Assembly: GCF_006345805.1 (NCBI RefSeq)
Contig: NW_021824937.1
Location: forward strand, 1-16,919
DNA from: Octopus sinensis
Taxonomy: Eukaryota
DNA length: 16,919 nucleotides
Reading direction: 5' to 3'
In this document: in pieces, positions 10,140-16,919 of the stretch
Layout: every line of letters begins with the position of its first letter
Numbering within the stretch: position 1 is the first letter of the stretch
Program-made: the position numbers and the translations under genes
Notes under the pieces: model-generated
The model's input: the letters and a program-made list of their open reading frames with translations, nothing else
The model's database searches: none
What the model was told of the DNA's origin: nothing

Positions 10140-12729
10140 TGCTCAACATCATTTCGGTGAACGCGCGCTCCTTGTCAGGCAAAGGAGACGCGATTCGGAG
10201 GATGTTGGCCACCACTAGTGCGGACATCCTGGTGGTCAACGAAACAAAGTAAAGCAGGATCGGTACGTAGTTGATGGCTACAACTGCTGTCACATACCCT
10301 GGAACAGGGGGTCAACATGTGGCACTGGAAACTAGCCTCTTCTACAAGCCGTACCTTGCTCTCCGGAGCTCAGGTTTATGTTCTTGTAGCCTATGTGAAT
10401 TCCTCAAGTGAGGATTCGCATAGGTAATTTAACATTTTACCTAGGGCGATGTATTCGAAGAACTTTACGGCGTGTTCTTGGCACGTACGGGAGTTCTTTG
10501 GAAAGCATCCGAAGGCGATGGTCGTTGGGGACCTGAATGCCAAGCCACCAAGAGCTCGGTTCAGGGTAACCAACGCGCATGGTTTGGCTCTAAAGACGCT
10601 GGTTGAAGACCTCGGGTTGGAATTCAGATCTTCAAGCGAGCCAAACCATCGATTCGCGGGGAGGACAAGACTGGCTAGGCCTTGCTCTGGTCAGCCCCGG
10701 GATGCTAAATTGGGTTAGTAACACAAATCTTATTGCCTGATATTGGGAGCGACCATCTGCCTCTATTGCACGAACTCCGTGAGCCAGTTCCTCAAAGGCC
10801 CCAGGATACTTTGACCTCCGGTCCGGTTCCTGGGCCAACCTGGAGAGGTTCATGGCCAGCAGGTTGCCCTCACTCTCTGGTGGGAATACCTGCGCCAACA
10901 TACGAGAGTTGGAGGCGTTAGATAATGGAATCAATGCTGCCCTGTCTGATTATATGCGAGATAATTTCAAACAGAACCCAGTACAGGGCCAGCACATTCC
11001 ACGCTCCCGTACCGGGTGCTAAATAATTAGATTCAAGCGCCGGCTGTCCAGACTGCGGACAAATGCGTCTACCAGGAGAACCGTGTCTGGTTTCGCGGCT
11101 GATCAGCCGGCTTCAAAGGGAGATCCGGAGGGAAATCCGTGAACACGAAGTTCACGGTGGGAGCGGGCCTGCCAAAGAGTGGACCCGCGCTTTCCGGACT
11201 TCTGGAAACAACTGAAGAGCCTGTCGGGGAGAGGGGAGGCAAAGTCAGTGCGCCTTAAGCGCTCTGATGGAACCCTCGCCTCGGACCCGGTTGAGTGTGG
11301 CTATATTTTCAACAACCACCTCAACAACATCTCGGGAACTGACGGAAGTCAGTTCGTAGAGACGTCGTCTTTTGTTACTATCCAGGAGGTATTGTTGGGA
11401 CAAGCGCTGCCAGCTGGACATATCAAGGTCGATGCAGGCGAAGTTTCCGAAAGGGAGATCCTGGCAGCGATCTCCCGAAGTAAGAACACTGCGGCGGGGC
11501 TAGATCGGATCCCTATGTCCATCTTCAAAAAGGCCCCGCCGTTGTTGATCACGGCCTTACAGGTTTTGTTTAGCGGGAGCTGCGACTTGGGATGATTCCT
11601 TCCAGGTGGAAAGTGGCTGAGGTAATCCTCATTGGAAAACCTGGGAAGCCTCATGAAGTCCCCGGGGGATATAGGCCCATTTCCTTGCTTCCCGCTATAT
11701 CTAAAATCCTAGAAAGGATCATGCACCGAAGGCTCCTGGAGGAGCTGACGGTGGTTGACGCCCTCCCGGAGTTCCAATGGGGCTTCAGGGAGGGTCGTTC
11801 ATGTGGAGACTGCTTGTGGAAGGTGTCTTCCGAAATGAAGAACGCCCTCCAGAAAGGGAGTGTGGTATGTTAGTTAGTCTTGACATAGAAAAGGCCTTCG
11901 ACTCGGTGTGGCACGACGGCCTGCGGAGTTCCCTCGCCACGTGTGGGGTTTCTCCGTGTCTAAGGCGCTGGCTGTCGGGGTTCCTCGAATCTCGCGGTCA
12001 GGTCGTGCGACACCAGGGGGTCTTTTCTAAAGTCGCAACAGTCCTTCGCGGGGTCCCTCAGGTTCTGTGCTGAGTCCCACACTGTTTAATATCTTTATGG
12101 CCTCTGCGCCTATGCCAGTCAATGCTCGTACTGAAATGGTGATCTATGCAGACGACATTATCCTCTGGGATCAGTCGATGAAACCAAATGTGCGTGTCGT
12201 AGGCTACAGGTTGCTGTGGATGAACTTGTAAACTGGTGTGGGAGTAGGGGTCTAAAGATGTGTGTGGACAAGTGCAGTGTCCTAAAGTCTGTAAAAGGAC
12301 GAGGGGTTACACTAATTTTATCCCTAGGTTATCGCTGGACGGGTCAGCGATCGCTGTAGTTGATCGGACGACTTACTTGGGCGTGGTCTTCAAGCAGTCA
12401 GGTAAGTTCGATGATCACATTGCACGTACTAAAATGCGTGCAATGCTGCGATTAGGCGCGTTGCGTGCTTTCCACTTGAGGAGAGGTGCCTGGTTCCGTG
12501 TGTTCAACGCCATGGTGTTACCCGTGTTAACTATGGCGTGCACGCTTGGCACTTCTGCGAGGACAGGGAGAAGTACGTTGACGCGCTTAAGAAAGTAAGA
12601 AGACGAGCCATCCCGGCTAGCCTATGGCTTAGGATGGCGTGATGAGCTCTCCAACGCCCAGGAATTGTCCTCAAAGGCCTCCCTGAGGTCCTAGAGAAGA
12701 TAATGACTGGGTGGCAGGTAAGACGGTAA
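10136..12729 (+). CDS. pol: LINE ORF2: apurinic-like endonuclease plus reverse transcriptase (more than 10 frameshifts in this sequence)
   Basis: APE motifs: MLNIISVNARSL, DILVVNETK, GDLNAK (10527-10544), GSDHLP (SDH 10748-10756). RT motifs: KNTAAGLDRI, WKVAEVILIGKPGK, YRPISLL (11670-11690), QWGFREGRS, LDIEKAFDSVWHDGL (11879-11923), GVPQ(G)SVLSPTLFNIF, YADD (12145-12156), YLGVVF, YGVHAW. The stop is uncertain: 12727-12729, or near 12840 if one more shift occurs. Confidence 0.93.
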
Positions 12730-12831
12730 GTCCTAACCTGTGGTTGTGTAGAGAGGCGAGCGTGTGTGCTGGACTGAAAAGGCAGGAATGCCGAAGGTCT
12801 CCTTATGTTACCTCACTAACAGCCTCTCTAA

Positions 12832-12850
12832 CTATTATTAAAATAAAAAT
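12832..12850 (+). other. Probable short A/T-rich 3' tail of the LINE, containing AATAAA
   Basis: CTATTATTAAAATAAAAAT lies between GC-richer LINE sequence and the first CRE-like codons. It is short and imperfect. Confidence 0.45.
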
Positions 12851-13475
12851 TTTCCTTCCTCTTCTGGCACTCTCCTTGACGATGAAGCGGTAAGGATCGG
12901 AGTCTCTCTGCGACTCGGACTAAGGCAATGTGTCCCGCACACGTGCCGCTGTGGCTGCACTGTTGACCCTTTCGGTCTGCACCCTTTATTGTGCAAGAGG
13001 AGTGCCGGACGTTTCCCGAGGCACTCTGCTATGCTGACATCATACGGAGGGCCCTCGACTCGGCGGATTTCCTTCGGTTCTCGAACCACCGGGTCTTGAC
13101 CGCGGAGACGGAAACGTCCTGACGGGATAACCCTTTTTCCCTTTGAAGGCGGAAAAGGCCTCGTATGGGATGCAACCTGCTGGGACACCTTTTCTGCTTC
13201 TCACTTAACTTCGTGTGCTCTGGAGGCTAATCTGCAGCTAAGAAGGCTGAAGATTTAAAGCTTTTTAAATATTCTGCCCTCTCGGAGAATTTTTCCGTGG
13301 TGCCGATCGCGCGGAGACGTCGGGTGCTCGGTCCAAAACTGAAAAGTTCCTTCGCAAGCTCGGAGCCAAAATCTCAATGCGCACCCTGGGGAGGCGGACT
13401 GGCTAATGCAAGGTTCTCGATTGCCATTATCCGGGGAACAGTTTGGCAATCCGCCAGGCTACATATCTACAATAA
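12851..13475 (+). mobile_element. 5'-truncated CRE-clade (RLE-type) non-LTR retrotransposon fragment: C-terminal CCHC zinc finger plus restriction-like endonuclease
   Basis: Manual translation across ~7 single-base shifts: FPSSSGTLLDDEAVRIGVSLRLGLRQCVPHTCRCGCTVDPFGLHPLLCKRSAGRFPRHSAM / DIIRRALDSA / GFPSVLEPPGLDRGDG / RPDGITLFPFEGGKGLVWDATCWDTFSASHLTSCALEA / SAAKKAEDLKLFKYSALSENFSVVPIA / ETSG / VLGP / KTEKFLRKLGAKISMRT / RFSIAIIRG / NSLAIRQATYLQ* (TAA 13473-13475). The motif order LRLG, CxC..H..C, RH, EP, RPDG (13115-13126), WD, AE..K..KY, ETxG, QR.S.AI.RGN is what I recall for CRE-type RLE domains. Confidence 0.86.
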
Positions 13476-13569
13476 CATAATATTGATAAATTCGATTGAT
13501 TTGGAAGGATTAATTTAGTGCATTCAGATGACACGTGCTTTATAGATCTAGTAATATATACCCAAATCT

Positions 13570-14997
13570 CTACTTTCTGGCATAGTTCAAGGAAAGTATA
13601 GTTTGTTCTATATCACTCCACATCGAAGATAACACCGACGAGAAATACTACGAAACACCCAGCCACCAAAATGTGTTCCATATGCTGGTTAGCCTAGTCT
13701 TGGGACGTGGAATGACTGTGTTCTTGCCAGCCGAGCACAACACAGTTCATTAAAGTCGTCAGTTGATGAGTCCACTGCATTCACAGACGGTCCACTAATG
13801 TAAAGAATCCGTTCCTCTCTGCCTTCTTATTAAATATCGTGATTTGAAAGACACGGTGGACTCCCAACCTCTTCTCTCCAAACTCGAGGTTAAGGACATC
13901 CTCATCCAAACATAGAGTAGACACCTCTTTAGAGATTCGACTGCTATTTTGAAGCAAGTCTATCATGTCCCCATCTTCAAAATCCACTGCAGAGAAAAAC
14001 AGACTACACTCTCCCCCGATTCTCTTCACTTCACTCGTCAGCTTTTTTATTTCTTCAATAGACTGAAGTAGTAATCTTTCCGAGGTTTGTCCATATACAC
14101 AAACACACACATTCTGTCCCAATGCGGCTGCTCTGAGTAGAATTGGTCCACAGAATATTCTCCGCACACCACAATGTCAAAGTTGTAATTATTTGGACGT
14201 ATATCCCTCCTTCCATTCAACTTGGTGTGAATAAAGTAATTATACTTGCCTTGAGAGGAAGACTATTTGTTGAGATTTGCTGGGAATTTATGATCTTTAT
14301 CGCCTCCCCGCATTCAGTAGAATTGACAAAACAGACTACTCTCACACACCCCTGAAAACTCATCACAATAATCCTCCCTTTAAAAATTCCACTTTCATTG
14401 ATAATTTTACAATTTCCATCACCTCCTTCTTTAACTGATCACTCTTGGTAGCCCACTCGGCTGAGAGGACCTGGGCTTTCTTATTAGACTGACACACTCC
14501 AGCCTACAGTGAGAGAACTAGAGTACATTCATCAAATCAGTAAGTGTTGTTATTCTTTCAACATTCTCGCATTGTCTTTCTATTTGTTCGACTAGAAAAC
14601 TGTCTTTCCTTCTCGAGTGATTTCAATTCGTCATCCTTGGATTGTTCTCGAGAGTGCAAGTCGTTGAGTTGTTGTTTTTATAATCTTTTAACATGAATAT
14701 TTATTAATACGATATTTTGCTGGTCAGTTCAGTCGAGTTCTTTCCTTTTTTGAGCAAATCTCCGTCTTCTCCTTGTTTATTGACTCGAATTGCAGCTCTA
14801 AATCTTCGAGCCGGCCTCGTATGTCCCACGGTTTCCTTTCTGCTGTTCTGCCTTTTGGTCGCTAGGTCTGATTTAAAAATAGATTTACTTGCTCCGTCTT
14901 TCGAAGTGTTGGATTAGTGCCTCTCGATGGCACAGTTGTTGATTTTTTAGTCTGAAATACAATAAATATATACTTCTATATGTCGACTTGTCCTCAT
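13570..14997 (-). CDS. Kinesin-14 (KIFC1/Ncd/Kar3 family)-derived protein with a degenerate, probably non-catalytic motor-homology domain; multi-exon with mini-introns, ~415-420 aa
   Basis: Spliced reconstruction: MRTSRHIE|TKKSTTVPSRGTNPTLRKTEQ|RPKGRTAERKPWDIRGRLEDLELQFESINKEKTEICSKK (WD motif 14808-14834; cf. recalled human KIFC1 KRPAWDLKGQL). Coiled coil follows (KQQLNDLHSREQSKDDELKSLEKERQF, LVEQIERQCENVERITTLTDLMN|AGVCQSNKKAQVLSAEWATKSDQLKKEVMEI). Motor-core elements appear in kinesin order: GCVRVVCFV (GNIRVFCRV), YNFDIVV (FSFDRVF), PILLRAAALGQNVCVCVYGQT (LVQSALDGYPVCIFAYGQT), SLFFSAVDFEDGDMIDLL (SFVASYVEIYNETVRDLL), HRVFQITI (HSVFQLQI), FTLVD (LSLVD), AVDSSLTTL (AINSSLSTL), KNTVIPRPKTRLTSI (KESHVPYRNSKLTYL), EQTILSLNYARK (SESLNSLRFASK). 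Several 1-bp shifts and one in-frame TAA (14678-14680) remain. Confidence 0.8.
14221..14249 (-). other. Mini-intron 6 (29 nt, GC-AG)
   Basis: AAG|GCAAGTATAATTACTTTATTCACACCAAG|TTG has the canonical GC-donor context AG|GCAAGT. Removal gives in-frame LPLK|LNGRRDIRPNNYNFDIV, whereas the nearby GT donor leads to a stop. Confidence 0.65.
14352..14392 (-). other. Probable intron 5 (41 nt; alternative donor at 14410 gives 59 nt) at the neck/motor boundary
   Basis: The acceptor GTTTTCAG precedes GGG TGT GTG AGA GTA (GCVRV). Either donor (GTGGAA or GTAAAA) joins in frame and removes TGA TGA. Confidence 0.55.
14504..14526 (-). other. Mini-intron 4 (23 nt, GT-AG)
   Basis: GTACTCTAGTTCTCTCACTGTAG. Removal resolves a stop and a frame change exactly (LTDLMN|AGVCQSNKK). 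Confidence 0.75.
14685..14710 (-). other. Mini-intron 3 (26 nt, GT-AG)
   Basis: GTATTAATAAATATTCATGTTAAAAG is an AT-rich island containing TAA TAA. Removal joins two coiled-coil-like frames but leaves one TAA just downstream. Confidence 0.55.
14862..14888 (-). other. Mini-intron 2 (27 nt, GT-AG)
   Basis: GTAAATCTATTTTTAAATCAGACCTAG. Removal deletes an in-frame TAG and keeps the frame into KPWDIRGRL. Confidence 0.7.
14952..14973 (-). other. Mini-intron 1 (22 nt, GT-AG)
   Basis: GTATATATTTATTGTATTTCAG. Removal joins ATG...GAA to ACT AAA in frame. An alternative upstream donor cannot be excluded. Confidence 0.6.
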
Positions 14998-15119
14998 AAC
15001 AAAACTCAAAATACACGATTGCGTAATTTATTACAATTATTAATAAAATTACAAACGTGCTAAATATATTAATCATTACATATTGCATAAGATTTTCCTT
15101 GAATAGAATTAAATATTTC

Positions 15120-15600
15120 CTTTCAAAGGTGTGTTGGAAAACTTTTACTAGTGATGCCCAGAAATAGGTGGGTCTACTCTTTATGTGTGTTGTCACGCTG
15201 TAAGTCTGCCTAATCTGATCCCTGGTTTGTATGAGAGAAATGATGATAGGATTAAACTGCCAGGATCTCTGATGATCGCAATTTTTGAAGGAAAAGGATT
15301 CTCAATTGTTTTTATACGGTCATTCAGGACGTAAGAGAACAGATTCGCGTTTGGCGCAAACCAAGAGGATGCTTGTCTCTTCCAATTATCACGTCTTTTT
15401 AGAGAAGAAAGGTAGGGCAGGTACAATATAAGACTTTGGACAGGGGAACATATAAGTTCACATCCATTGCCTCTGCGATAGAGACTTGATGAAGTCAAAC
15501 TGAAAATAACAAGGATCCATTGGCTTCTCATCAACACTCAACACTCCCATCTGAGTGAATACATCCTGATTCGTCTATAATGGAGACTCAACTAAATGCG
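15120..15600. other. Possible coding island of an unidentified host gene
   Basis: GC-richer block between very AT-rich flanks, with a 114-aa minus-strand ORF and long plus-strand frames. I recognised no motif and could not resolve the strand. Confidence 0.25.
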
Positions 15601-16919
15601 ACTAATTTAAAGTCCTTTCAGCCTCCTCACAATAATTGTTTGACACTTTTTACACAATTATTTGATAAGTGAATTGTCTACCTATCAATTAGTGTAATAA
15701 ATGGTGTATGTTTACTTTGTAAATTATCCCGTTAATATTTGTATTACAAATCACATGATTATTAATTTTAATTGGATTGTAACAAATTAAAAACTCGTCT
15801 ATAATCTTTAAACGCTATAAAATAATCGAAACTGATAAAATAAATTTTAATCCAAGTTTAATTGTACAGACACTTGGTCCCCATTCTGCGATACTCTCAT
15901 TCACATCTCCTGAAGGCCACAAAACCGAGAATTACAATCATTCGCCGTCATCATTCCTTTCTTCCTCCTCTGACATTCAAGACTTCCGACCACAAACATC
16001 GAAATTCCTGAAAGAGTCGTCTCCTTATCGCTCGAAGGAATATGGATGCAGCGAATCTTCTTGGCAAAGACAGAGGATCTCGCTTACAAACTTGTGCGGA
16101 TGCTCCTGCATGGTTTGTGAATCGAGCTTTCTTGGCAACTATCAATCACTTTTATGTAATCTGATTATATTGTTGTATGTAATCTGACGGACAAATAATT
16201 ATCACGTGTACTATGGTCTGATCAATCAAAATCTTTGATGGAAAATAAAGAACGAAAAGAACATGAAGTACTCAGTTTATTTAAGTTTATATAGGCAAAT
16301 AAATAGTTAAGCATTAAAATAATATTTAATTAATCTTATATCCATCAGTTTAATAAAATAAATTATTACATTCACGTTGCTTCCTGTGTGTTATGAAAAG
16401 TAGCAAACTCGATGGTCCCTTTTGGTACTTTATTTCAGATTTTGGAGTTTCGTTCGAAGATTCACTATCATCGTTATTCACATTCGTGTTATTCAGCGAG
16501 GATCTCGTAAAACGATGACTTACGTTCAGGGACTTGATAAAAATTAGACTATGAAACAAATTGCGAAGCTCTTCAAAAAGTCTCGATTTGTTTCACACGT
16601 ATAGAAACTAGCGACTGGTGCTGGTGTCACCAATTGACAAATATTGCCTCGTCCTTCATTTTTGGGCGACCACCGCGATCGTCTTAAGGCTTTGTGTAGA
16701 ACATAATATGCCACTGCCGATCAAATTCAAACACAACGGATTCTGATCTTTTAATTTCTAATATCTCGTTTCTTGTTTATTTTTTAATTTTGTTTATTTC
16801 TTCTTAATTACTTTTTTGACCGTCCGGGCTCTCCTTTGTACTGAAAGCTCAACTTTTAAGGATTGCCACCCTTAAGTAACATTTTTTCTTGTTTGTTATA
16901 ACTATTTATCTGCTATATA

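Larger units (their letters stand above)
8666..12850 (+). mobile_element. Non-LTR retrotransposon (APE-type LINE), most likely Jockey group, near full length
   Basis: Abrupt rise in GC content after the satellite. Two-ORF layout: ORF1 with CCHC knuckles, ORF2 with APE then RT. The RT motif AFDSVWHDGL and the knuckle spacing are Jockey-like. I found no RNase H or C-terminal CCHC after the RT. Ends in an A/T-rich stretch containing AATAAA. The clade call is from recalled motifs, not phylogeny. Confidence 0.88.

Noticed and set aside
8662-12851. Target-site duplication AATAAATT (8662-8669) vs AATAAAAATT (12842-12851)
   Set aside because: Short, imperfect and purely A/T, so not distinguishable from chance or from the tail itself.
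12840-12856. Programmed -1 frameshift linking ORF2 to the RLE domain at AAAAATTTT
   Set aside because: The A AAT TTT heptamer is not in the register of the open upstream frame, so there is no canonical slippery site.
13625-13685. Transmembrane segment HILVAGCFVVFLVGVIFD
   Set aside because: By position it matches the kinesin alpha5-beta8 region (cf. LGGSAKMLMFVNISP), a buried core strand, not a membrane helix.
13570-14997. Ciliate-type code (TAA/TAG = Gln) to explain residual stops
   Set aside because: Gln is mostly encoded by CAA/CAG here, the other stops are removed by introns, and a single TAA is not enough evidence.
16154-16187. 12-bp direct repeat TATGTAATCTGA x2
   Set aside because: Only two copies in AT-rich DNA, with no supporting context.
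15860-16720. Further exon-like GC-richer islands (15870-16190; 16390-16720) with possible mini-intron signals
   Set aside because: No consistent spliced frame or recognisable motif could be built on either strand. They are left unannotated rather than ruled out.
8666-16919. Telomeric repeats (TTAGG/TTAGGG), tRNA or rRNA genes
   Set aside because: Only isolated TTAGG pentamers occur, and I saw no cloverleaf, A/B-box or rRNA-like sequence.

Overview
Eukaryotic heterochromatin-edge window with four blocks. (1) 1-~8665: a tandem satellite with a 169-bp, ~34% GC monomer (51 full copies plus one partial) and mosaic higher-order structure. (2) ~8666-12850 (+): a near full-length Jockey-group non-LTR retrotransposon, with a gag-like CCHC ORF1 carrying an internal ~106-bp repeat and an ORF2 encoding APE endonuclease plus reverse transcriptase. 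(3) 12851-13475 (+): a 5'-truncated fragment of a CRE-clade retrotransposon (CCHC finger plus restriction-like endonuclease) fused directly to the LINE's A-rich 3' end; the ORF track misses it. (4) ~13570-14997 (-): a host gene, also missed by the ORF track, reconstructed through several 22-29 nt GT/GC-AG mini-introns. It encodes a kinesin-14-like protein (basic tail, WDIRGRL motif, coiled coil, C-terminal motor-homology domain) whose P-loop, switch I and switch II appear deleted or degenerate, resembling the yeast Vik1/Cik1 non-catalytic partners. Many 1-bp indels in homopolymers suggest long-read consensus errors, so frameshifts should not be read as pseudogenisation without read support. 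All protein assignments come from manual translation and recalled motifs; no database search was run.
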